NCBI GenBank assembly: GCA_041742355.1
Contig: JBGSIV010000171.1
Location: forward strand, 1-21,623
Source of the DNA: Candidatus Zixiibacteriota bacterium
GTDB lineage: Bacteria > Zixibacteria > MSB-5A5 > GN15 > FEB-12
Reading direction: 5' to 3'
DNA: 21,623 nt
A program made the translations under genes and the position numbers. This document shows positions 1 to 8,584 of this stretch, in pieces (the first letter of the stretch is position 1; the number at the start of each line of letters is the position of its first letter). The notes below the pieces were generated by a model. That model did no database searches, was not told the DNA's origin, and was given only the letters and a program-made list of their open reading frames with translations.

Positions 1-1027
1 CCAGAAGTCTGCGTACCTCTAAAGCGGTGAGCGAAGGCTCGGCCCCAACTTGGCGTTTTGTGGGGTACGTTGTGCACAAGTGTACTATTCGCTCAATTTG
101 ACTGTCCATGTCACCGAGTTCTCCGGCGTTCACCCTGGTCGAATTACCGTTGTGCTTTGACCTGATCCAAGCTTGCAGAAAGGCAATGATCTCCGGGTCA
201 GAGAGCCGCCCCTGTGACCGGAAGTACCTGGTTAGTTCCATAAGACATTTGGTAGTTGATCGATCGGCTGGCAAGCCATGGCGCAGGAGGGATTCCGCTC
301 TGTGAAGGGCTGTTTGCTTCTGCGGGACTGGCTCTTGACAACGCTCCGAGAGTGCCCTCAAATCCATTGCGTATTTCTTTCTATGCCGCTCTACTTCCCG
401 GAGAGTCTCTCGAAGGGACAAGTCCATACGTGGCTCGAAAGTCCCAGGAAGCAGGAGCATCGAGTCGCGACCGAGGGGAAGTCGGTCAATGCTTTCCGTC
501 ATCCGAACTTCGCAGATGCCCGCACACAGGGATATGCCGTTGTTTCGTAGAAACGAAGATGTCTCAATCTGGAGCTGAGCCTTGTTTGCGTAGTGCTTCA
601 AGAAGTAAAGAAGTCGGATGCCGCCAGAATCAGAACTTTGGTAAACCAACGGAAGTCCTGGGAAGACTTCTATTACTCTCTGCGCCACCGCTATCGCATC
701 GCTTCGGGTTCGCTGCCCCTTACAGTCAATGTCGATCATAATCTGGTTGGTGACGTGCTGATAAACAAGGCCAACGGCGTATTCTCCAGCTAAGTGAAGG
801 AGAAGCATGTTGGTCGTGAGAGGATATTGAAACGTCTTCCATTGCTCCCCGGGGAGCTTCTTGCCGTAAGGAGATAGGTACCGATTTCGCCCAATGAAGA
901 GTCTCCGATATAGCGCAAACTCGGCTTCTGTTATGCCAAGCCGTTCCAGCCTGTCTTTCCGGCGAAGCCGCTTTTCCTGGCCCCGGCGGCCGGCGCCTCC
1001 CATCCACCAGAGGTGATCGCTACTCAT
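1..1027 (-). CDS. AEP-superfamily primase/primase-polymerase (TOTE-primase-like N-terminus plus PriCT-like helical domain); partial, runs off the left edge
   Basis: Translated by hand; not in the ORF track. ATG at 1027-1025 with AGGAGG upstream and no stop down to position 1 (342 codons). Motifs: WKTFQYPLTTNMLLLHLAGEYAVGL, motif I IMIDIDC (DxD), motif II region YQSSDSGGIRLLYF (Arg where His is usual), motif III region GICEVRMTESIDRLPLG, then a helical segment AESLLRHGLPADRSTTKCLMELTRYFRSQG...AWIRSKHNGNS. Confidence 0.75.
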   Translation of the reverse strand, partial: MSSDHLWWMGGAGRRGQEKRLRRKDRLERLGITEAEFALYRRLFIGRNRYLSPYGKKLPGEQWKTFQYPLTTNMLLLHLAGEYAVGLVYQHVTNQIMIDIDCKGQRTRSDAIAVAQRVIEVFPGLPLVYQSSDSGGIRLLYFLKHYANKAQLQIETSSFLRNNGISLCAGICEVRMTESIDRLPLGRDSMLLLPGTFEPRMDLSLRETLREVERHRKKYAMDLRALSERCQEPVPQKQTALHRAESLLRHGLPADRSTTKCLMELTRYFRSQGRLSDPEIIAFLQAWIRSKHNGNSTRVNAGELGDMDSQIERIVHLCTTYPTKRQVGAEPSLTALEVRRLL

Positions 1028-1169
1028 CCTCTTCCTCCTGAGAGGCAAGCCAGAAAGTTACGAGTAGATCAGCTACCCAGGCCTCCAGGTCGATTTTCGG
1101 TGGGTCGGCTGGCTCCAACTCATGGACTTCGAGTTGGAAACTGGCTTCCGATGTCACCTTTCGCGCCAC
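1020..1169 (-). CDS. Small 49-aa hypothetical protein, possibly translationally coupled to the AEP gene
   Basis: GTG at 1169 to TAG at 1022-1020: MARKVTSEASFQLEVHELEPADPPKIDLEAWVADLLVTFWLASQEEEDE. Its stop overlaps the AEP start (ATGAGTAG). Its own RBS (GGGA) is weak, and it is shorter than any ORF in the track. Confidence 0.5.
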   Translation of the reverse strand: MARKVTSEASFQLEVHELEPADPPKIDLEAWVADLLVTFWLASQEEEDE

Positions 1170-1179
1170 AGCATCCCGA

Positions 1180-1231
1180 AATAGAAAGGCCCCTCAGCCG
1201 CCGGTCTGGGAGGAGAGATTGGCTGAGGGGC
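1180..1231 (-). terminator. Intrinsic terminator/attenuator-like hairpin in the leader of the small ORF-AEP unit
   Basis: Perfect 11-bp stem GCCCCTCAGCC/GGCTGAGGGGC (1189-1199 and 1221-1231) with a 21-nt loop, followed on the minus strand by CTTTCTATTT. The U-tract is interrupted and the loop is large, so it would be a weak or conditional terminator. Confidence 0.5.
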
Positions 1232-1306
1232 GTTAAGGACCCGAAGGTCCGGTCATTTCAGGCGGTCCTCCCAGACCGGCAAGAGTTGATCTCCTGTTGT
1301 CTGGGG
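1189..1306 (-). promoter_or_regulatory. Structured leader RNA with interleaved inverted repeats
   Basis: A perfect 15-bp inverted repeat (1200-1214/1266-1280) crosses the 11-bp inverted repeat. There is also a GGACC-TTCG-GGTCC tetraloop hairpin (1237-1250) and an alternative pairing CCCAGAC (1306-1300) with GTCTGGG (1276-1270) enclosing CAGGAG-ATCAA-CTCTTG. Confidence 0.6.
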
Positions 1307-1325
1307 CACGATAACTAGGGACATA

Positions 1326-1359
1326 GGGAGGAAATGGGGGAAGAAACTGGGGAGGATTT
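1326..1359. repeat. Three degenerate direct repeats with 12-bp period (candidate operator or iteron sites)
   Basis: GGGAGGAAAT (1326), GGGAAGAAAC (1338) and GGGAGGATTT (1350), lying between the wHTH-like gene and the structured leader. Confidence 0.5.
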
Positions 1360-1415
1360 CAGCTAGACAGCGAGAAATCTGGTTTTTTTGCGAAAACGAG
1401 CAAGAACTCCCGGGT

Positions 1416-2237
1416 TCACCCGAGATTTAACTTATAGAAGCCTGCCCGACCGGCTTTTACGATGAGACGACCGAATCTCAGACGATCCTCGTTCGGAAAG
1501 ACCTTCATAAGTTGCTTGTAAACGGTGTCCTTCTTAAGTACCGGCTTCAGTTTGGTCAAAACTGTCGATTGGTGCATGCCCGACCCTCCCCTCAGATACG
1601 ACCGGTAAAGAATCTGAATTAGGTCCGAATAGACAGTTGTCAGCTCGAAAACTTCTTCAGTCCCATCTGCCAAGATTGCCCAGCAGGTGAGTTGGTCTTC
1701 CGAGAATAGTAGCTTCCTGCCCTGGGCTTTCATCTTCTGAAACATGTCAATCCGATCGTGTTCATGCACTCTGAGGCTGATCTCCACGCTTTTGCGAAAC
1801 TCCCTTAATTGATCCAGCAAACAGGCCGAACTCTGGGTCGTCGATATCAGCTCTCCTTCGCCTATGTTCATCGCCAAACTTAGGATGTCTCGCATCGAAG
1901 GAGACACTTCTTTTGTGATGAAGCAAGCAGGCGGCTGTTCATTGGCAGGTGGGATGTCAGTGTCTGCTCCGTGCATCGAGAAGAGTATGGAAGAAGGACG
2001 GGGGGCGTCGTTTTCTACGAGGTCAAAGTCATACTCGAGCGGATCGATCCCAAACCACGTAAAGACAAAGGTCCTGATGGCACTCTGCATGTCCGACGCC
2101 AAATCGCCCACTTGCAGCATAATCTCGGGCATGTCGTCCATTTCGAATGCTTCCCTGCTGTCGTAAGCCAGGGAATCAGCGATTTGGATCAGCTCGTCGA
2201 TCAGCTCCAGCGCGTTGTCTGGAATCTCGTATCGCAT
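1416..2237 (-). CDS. Hypothetical protein, 273 aa; acidic N-terminus and OmpR/PhoB-like winged-helix C-terminus (possible regulator)
   Basis: Starts 24 nt after the DUF499 stop. The C-terminal ~80 aa (FELTTVYSDLIQILY...MHQSTVLTKL...RLIVKAGRAGFYKLNL) follows the winged-helix pattern ending in a beta-hairpin with GxY-like residues. The CDS is well supported; the function is inferred. Confidence 0.65.
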   Translation of the reverse strand: MRYEIPDNALELIDELIQIADSLAYDSREAFEMDDMPEIMLQVGDLASDMQSAIRTFVFTWFGIDPLEYDFDLVENDAPRPSSILFSMHGADTDIPPANEQPPACFITKEVSPSMRDILSLAMNIGEGELISTTQSSACLLDQLREFRKSVEISLRVHEHDRIDMFQKMKAQGRKLLFSEDQLTCWAILADGTEEVFELTTVYSDLIQILYRSYLRGGSGMHQSTVLTKLKPVLKKDTVYKQLMKVFPNEDRLRFGRLIVKAGRAGFYKLNLG

Positions 2238-2261
2238 GGTGTAAAGCCGGGTTGGGCGCCC

Positions 2262-5200
2262 TCACTCCTCCTCGAACTCGTGCTGATCGAATCTCAGTGT
2301 CCGGCAGTTCTCGGTCACAGTCCGGCGGATCTGGTCGGACACGCCTTCCGGAATCTCCGCCCGGATCTCTATCGACACATCGACCTTGGCGCCCACGAGG
2401 CTCGTCAGGTGTTGCAGGACCTCGTTCGCGATCGTGCCGGCATCCCGTCCCACCCGCGTCGGATCGAGCCTGGCGACGCCATAAAACCGCCTGACAACTT
2501 TCGGTTTCGGTTCATCCGGCTTTGTCCCGGTCTGGCCGCCGGATCCCGTATCGGAGCCGCCATCTCCCCCCGCTCTGGTGGTTCCGCCACCTGCAGTCAA
2601 GCCCGCCGCGGTCTCCGCTTTCTTCTTGTCCTCTTCGATCTGCCGGAGGGCCGCCGCCGGCTTCACCAGCACTTCGTCGGCGTCTCCGGTAACAATCCCC
2701 GGCGACCCGGCTTTCAGGCCGAGATAGCGCCCCTGCGTTTCATCATAGCAGGTGGCATAGGCGAATGTCTCAATCGACCAGGAGAGATTGGCAAGTCCAT
2801 CCCGAATTGCCTCCAGGAGCGTCTCTGGGCTCTGTAGGCGTGGCAAATAGGTGTACTTGGCAAAGTACTCGCTCAGTAGCTTCACACGCACGTGGTCGAC
2901 GTCTGGAGGCCACAGCGGGACACGGTCTAATTCGAGCCGCAATGTTATTCCACCAAGCACCTTGGCGAGCTGGCCATCCTTCGTGAGCTTTCGCGACACC
3001 TTTACCGCAGGGGGCTCATCTCCCGGTATGCGAGTACTCAGCCATGTGATTGGGGCATCCGGCTGCTTCTCTTTCTGCTCAGGAAATAGCGCCCACTGGT
3101 AAGCCTCAGGAATGCGCTGCTCGATGGTCTCGTCTGAATCTGCCAGCTTCTTTTTCACCTGAGCCCTTTGGAAATTGTCCAGGTCAAGTTCTTCATCAGC
3201 CATGTTGTCGGCGATTGATCTCCAAGCCAGGTACTGCGTGGTAGCCTGCTCAAGGCTGTCTAGGCCCTTGCGATCAGCGGCAAGAAAGACAAGGGCATTC
3301 TTGTAGCTCCGTGGAATCGTCCCTCGGCTCTCCAATATCACATGAGCGTACTTGACAGCAGCAGAATCATCCTGTTTGATGACATGGGGATACTCCGGGC
3401 CGAGCACGACCAGACACGCTTCCATTTCATCGGGTACCCCCCCAGAGTTGTCTGGGCAAATGTGCACTCTGATAAAATCTCCTCGCGAAGATCGATTGGA
3501 AAGCTGCAGCCGGAGCCGACGGATTATCTCCTGATGGACATCATCCAGCTTGATCTGCTGCGCCCGGTCCTGAGCGAGCCGGGTTACAGACGGCTGGAGC
3601 GAGTACCAGTAACGGGATTTGTCGAGGTACAGATGGGTCGCCTGATCGGTCAGGTGCCGGAGGGCATCGCCGAACACCGCCGGAGTCTCCCCCGGCTGGA
3701 TACATCCGAGCTTGATCTTTCGGTCCTCAATCCCGCGGTTGGCCGCGGCCAGCGTCGGAGCCGAGCCGATGAACACCGTCCGGGCCACCCGCCGGCAGGC
3801 TGAGTATTTCCGGAAACTGGGGTTCGGGCCATCGATCGCCAGCGGGAGAGACTGCGGGCCGTCGATATCGCGTTCGATGATTGCATCCCACTGCCCTTGC
3901 AGGTACCGAGTCAGTTCGGAGCGCACGTTGCTGTCGTCCAGCGGCACCATACAGGGCAGAATCATTGCGCTGCCGTCGTTTCGCATCCAGAGTGAGTTGA
4001 TCACCGCTGCCAGCAGGCGCAATACGCCGCGGGTGAGCTGGAACCGCTCCAGGGACGACCAGTCTTGGTAGAGCCGATCGAACAGCTCCGGATGGATCGG
4101 ATACGCCATCTCCATCCGGCGCCGGTAATCGGTTTCCTTGCATTCGGATGGGAAATCCTGTGCGTACTCCTTGTACAGCTCCGAAAACCGCCGCACCACC
4201 GCGTCTTTGGCGGCGTGGTCCTTGATCGGCTCGAACAGCCGCCGCCGGACGATCTCAAAGCTCTCTTCCCCAGTCGCTGCGCGCCAGGGGGATTCCATAC
4301 GGGCGAAAACCTGCTCCAGGCGGACCAGCGCTTCACGGCCGGCCTCTCCCCCGATTTCAATCTGCTCCTTGTACTGGTCCGATACCCGCGGGGAGATCGG
4401 AATGGTCGCCACCACCTGGGTCTGCGGCACCGCGCGCGCCGCCTCAGTCAGGGCCTGGGCGAACGTCAGGTTGGCATCGAATGATCCGGCTGGCATGTCA
4501 TCTTTGCCGTAGAGCTGGCGGACATAAGCAATCCACTCGTCGATCAGAATCAGGCAGGGCGCTGCCTTCTGGAAAAGCTCGCGCAGCGCATCGGAGCCGG
4601 GACTGACTCCGTGCTTGTCGGCGTCGGCAACAATGGCAAACCCCTTCTTGCCGAGCAACTGGTAGGCCATCTCCCCCCAGAATGTCCGAACCTCGGTTCC
4701 GTCTTTCTTGACTGTCGCTCGGCCGGGGCCGAGTGCGATCCCGACCAAGACCGCCCGGCTGGCCGTGGGGATCGACGTGACTCCGGCCCGTTCCATAATC
4801 GGCTCGATACCGGCGAGTTTCGTGACCTTTGCGCCTGAGAACAGGTGGTAGAGGGCGATCATCGAGTGGGTCTTGCCGCCACCGAAGTTGGTCTGCAATT
4901 TGATAACCGGGTTGCCGCCGTTGCCCGAGAGCCGCTGGATCGAATCGCTCAAGAGATCGGAGCCCCTGGGTTGGAAACGTGCGCCGAAAGAACTCCTCCG
5001 GGTCGCGGTATTCGTCGCTTCCCTCGTTGCGGTGGACCTGGGAGAGATCGGCGGCAAATTCGGCCTGCTGGTATCGGCCGGATGCTACATCGGCATGTGG
5101 CGTGGCAATCTCCCGCCAGGGCTTGAGGGTAGCGTCAGGGCTCCCCTCCACTGCGATAGCCGAGGACTTGCGGGTGATACTGCGCGCCTGCTCATCGAAC

Positions 5201-5625
5201 TTGACGCGCAGGAGCTGCTGCTTCATCTGGTCGATTTCCTGCGCCTCCATGGCGCTCACAGCCTGCAGCAGACGGTGGACAGAATCGAGCGCGCGATACG
5301 CGTCGTCGGTGGTGAAACCGTTCTGGTGCGCCCAGCGATTGCGGATATCTCGCAGCTCCGACACAAGCGACCGCTCCGAGTGCCCAAGAGTTCGCTTAAA
5401 GACGGTGTTCCAATGGTTCCACATCACCGCGAGGATCGCTTGCGTGTCCCATTTGACTGCCCCCTGCGCTACATCGGAGACATGATCGGCGCGGATACTG
5501 TCGCGGGCGGCATCGAGCCATTTCTTGCCGAACTCCGCTTTCATCTCGCGCTCGAGGAAGGGGAGCACTCCCAGGTTGAGTATCTCCAGTGCTTTTCCGA
5601 CTCGTTCGTGATTCGTGGTTGCCAT
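2262..5625 (-). pseudogene. Swt1-like HEPN + DUF499 ATPase, split by a frameshift near 4959 (~1120 aa if restored)
   Basis: ORF 4498..5625 has the HEPN RxxxxH motif (IRNRWAHQ) and the DUF499 start ([26 protein letters not shown]...FFRRTF). ORF 2262..5057 continues in another frame with [10 protein letters not shown]...[11 protein letters not shown] (Walker A), LILIDE (Walker B) and YPIHPELFDRLY. The junction reads GGG CTC C GAT CTC TTG. A sequencing error cannot be excluded. Confidence 0.88.
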
Positions 5626-5640
5626 ATCGTCCTTCTGACT

Positions 5641-8412
5641 TTACAGACTCAGGGGTTCCTGTTTCCCGATCGGCCGCTCAACGACTCGCGAGCGTTCGAT
5701 GATCGTCGGCCACGCGACAACCAGCGAGTTGTACGCGAACGCCTCGGCGTTCCAGCCTTTCCTCTCGCAGACATTGTAGAGGCGGTAGGCAAGGTCACGG
5801 GCTGTCTCGGCGAGTGCACCGACAGTCTTGTAGAGCACGCCTGCGTAGTCCTCACCCTTGTCGTATTCGCGGATCAGGTATTGCGTTACTTCCCACACAG
5901 TCAGTTTCTCGTCGGTAGCGGGGTTCCAGTTCGGCGATAGCTCGGCACGTTTCAGCAAACGCAGCTTGCCGCCCTTGGATACCACAATACCGGCCTTCAT
6001 CAACCCGTCGGTAGCGGTGCCTTTTGCTCGGCAGAGATTCTCGGCATCGTCGAAGGGGCCTTCGTCTAGGCCGTGTTGCTCGAACCAGGCTACCGCCTAT
6101 CGAGTGTAGGGGTCGTATTCCGAGTCTTGCTCCGCAAGGACGCGGTCGAGTTCCTGATTTATGAGAGCGAGGGCATCCCTGACTGTCATCTCTGTACCAT
6201 CCGACTCCACTACCTTGCTGTAGCGGGAGAATACAGCCATGCCGGGGCCAACGGCTGCTTGCGGCAGGTCGACCGGTGCGATGTTTGCCTTCTGGAGGGG
6301 CTTTAAGGTTGCCGGTAGCTCTGACTGCAATTGGCGCAGGAGTTCGCGGCGAGTGCCAAGACTCGCATCAGCGGGCCGTGGCCTGCATGCCAGCACAACC
6401 GAGCTTGCCAGGGCATTAGTGCCTGAAGCTATTGGCCGATTACTCAATTCGCTACGCATCGGCCAAGTGCCAGTGACTTCAAAACCTGAGTCCAGTAGCC
6501 CCTTCAGCATCGTTTCCCAACCTGTTGATGCTGTTCGTCCACCGTCCTCCGTCTCCGATTGCTTATAGGCGTAGAACAGGGTCATCGGGGCAGCCTCGGT
6601 ACTGGCTCTACAAATTTCCTTAAAAACCTCCTTCAGGCCTGATTCGAAAAACGATTCGGCCTTTTGTCGGCTTCCATTGTGTCGGTATGGCGAAGCGATT
6701 AGCTCCTCTGTCTTGGGCGTCAGGAGAGTAGAACACGCAACAGGATATACTTGACTCAAGGATCGCCTTAGCCAGATATAGAAAAAATCAGAGAGGTCAG
6801 CGTAGCCAATGTTGTCATAATATGGCGGATCAGTCGCTACTGCTAAGTTGGAGAGTTGCTTTAGCGAAGCTCTCGCGTCTAACTGGGCCACGCGTCCGCT
6901 TTCCAATGTGGGCAACCAGTCGATCGCATCAGAAATCGATTGGAGAGAGACTCTCAGATCTCCGGCCGCTTCTGCAAAGGGGTTAACCTCAGGGTAATCC
7001 CATGTCATCGGCAAGGCTTGACGGGCGAACGCAGTGACTGTCTGATCGCGAGCGGGTGTCCACCGAGCGATTGTGCAAAGCGTATTGCTCATCCGGCTCA
7101 CGCCAAATCCCAAGTACGTTGCCACCGCATCGGCATAGGCTGTTGCGCCGGTCCCCCCGCCCTCGATCCCCTTGCCGTCATCCCTCATCCCGGACTTGAT
7201 GGCATCGGCCAGCGCTTGCTCCCGCGCCTTCTCCACCAAGTCACTGAATGTCGTCAGCGCCACCAACTGCCGAGGAGTGAAGAGGTCAGCGAACGTCGTC
7301 ATGCCATAGTTCGGTGTTTTGAAATCGCGAGGGTTACTTGGCAGCACCGCTTCGGGTTTCCAGTTGGGCTTTGCTGAAGTTGCGACAGCAACATGTTCTT
7401 CCATGGGCGAAAGATAGACGCGCCCTCGTGAACCTTCGGCGACAATCGCCATCAGCCGTTGGTTCATTCGTCCCTCTTGGCCTTCACTCCGAATGTGAGG
7501 AAAGCCAACGGGGGAGTCGCAGATCGCGCACTTCGCTCCCTTCCGATTCACAGTTCCCTCGATGCCCTTGATTCGCCCCGAGTGCACCTTATACTCAACA
7601 CTCTTGCTACTCTTGCTTGTTACTACCTCGATCCAGGCCTCTCTTCCCGTCTTCTTCGAGAGCTCGAATGACCGGACCAATGGCATCTCTGCTCCGCATC
7701 CCGGATTTGGGCATTTCACCGTCCGCGCCCAGATCCACGCGATCACCGTCGCCTCGCCGCCCCCCTGCTCTTTCGGCAGCTTCACCTTCGGGTACAGATG
7801 CCCGATCTTCACTTCTGCTTCCTTGCGCATCCATTCGCCATAGTGGCGCACGTCGGCGGCCAGTCCCTTCGCCCCTTCCCACCCCATACCGGGGAGCTTC
7901 TTCTTACTGTCTTTTGGATTCACCGGCGGCTGCCCTGCAAACTTGGGGGGAATCTCAATCAGCGCCTTGGTGATCAACACCGCGACCGGGTTCAGATCGC
8001 TGGCATACGCTTTCAGACCGAGCCGCTGGGCCTCCAGCGGAATCGACCCGCCGCCGCAGAATGGATCGAGCACCGGCGGCGGATTCCCCCCGGTCGACTT
8101 CATGATCTCGCACTTCGCCGCATCGAGAACATCCTTGTTGTTAATGTTCTCCCATTTGACCAGATCTTCGATAATCTTGAAGAGACGATCCCGTTCTTTC
8201 TGTTGCGCTTCCTCGGTGGGGAACTCCTCCGGCAGGCTCGATGGATCATCGACCAGCGAGGCGAACAGCACAGCTCGACACGCCGCCAGCGGCCGACGCG
8301 CCCACCAGAGGTGTAAGGTCGACGGGTGACCGTGCCGGATCGACTTCTCTCGCGCCGACTCCTTATTGATCGCCTCTAGCGGCAGGGCGACTTCGATGAG
8401 TTTCTTTTTCAT
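5641..8412 (-). pseudogene. DUF1156-family amino (adenine-type) DNA methyltransferase with Zn-ribbon, interrupted by one in-frame TAG at 6097-6099 (923 aa if read through)
   Basis: DUF1156 N-terminus (HGHPSTLHLWWARRPLAACRA), SAM-binding DPFCGGGSIP, CPNPGC...CAIC and catalytic TDPPYYDN. After EYDPYTR* the same frame continues AVAWFEQHGLDEGPFDDAENL... into ORF 5641..6003. Confidence 0.88.
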
Positions 8413-8436
8413 GGGTGCCTTATCTTTTCACTTGGC

Positions 8437-8574
8437 ATTAGGTCCAATAAGCCAGCTCTTCCTACTAATAAGCCCTAAATGACATCTCTTAAGGCATTGT
8501 CTGCTAAGATATTACCCCCGGCATTAGGCTTAATATTAGGCCTAATTGGGCTTTACCCCACAAGCAGGCCCAAT
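8437..8574. repeat. Cluster of ATTAGGCCTAAT-like palindromes in the AT-rich spacer upstream of the methyltransferase
   Basis: ATTAGGCTTAAT (8523-8534) directly abuts the perfect palindrome ATTAGGCCTAAT (8535-8546). Also a variant ATTAGGTCCAAT (8437-8448) and an inverted pair ATTGGGC (8545-8551) / GCCCAAT (8568-8574). Confidence 0.6.
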
Positions 8575-8584
8575 ATTTTCTCCA

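Noticed and set aside
1232..1265. Hammerhead ribozyme suggested by CUGAAAUGA plus a UUCG hairpin
   Set aside because: It does not fit the CUGANGA core and lacks the GAAA segment after the hairpin.
4959..5057. Predicted N-terminus [13 protein letters not shown]... of the 931-aa ORF
   Set aside because: This is out-of-frame sequence upstream of the frameshift; the family-like sequence over this stretch is in the 4498..5625 frame.
6097..6099. Genome-wide TAG reassignment or pyrrolysine as the explanation for the amber codon
   Set aside because: No other in-frame TAG occurs in several thousand codons of the other long genes, TAG appears to be the normal stop at 8585, and the site is one transition from TGG.
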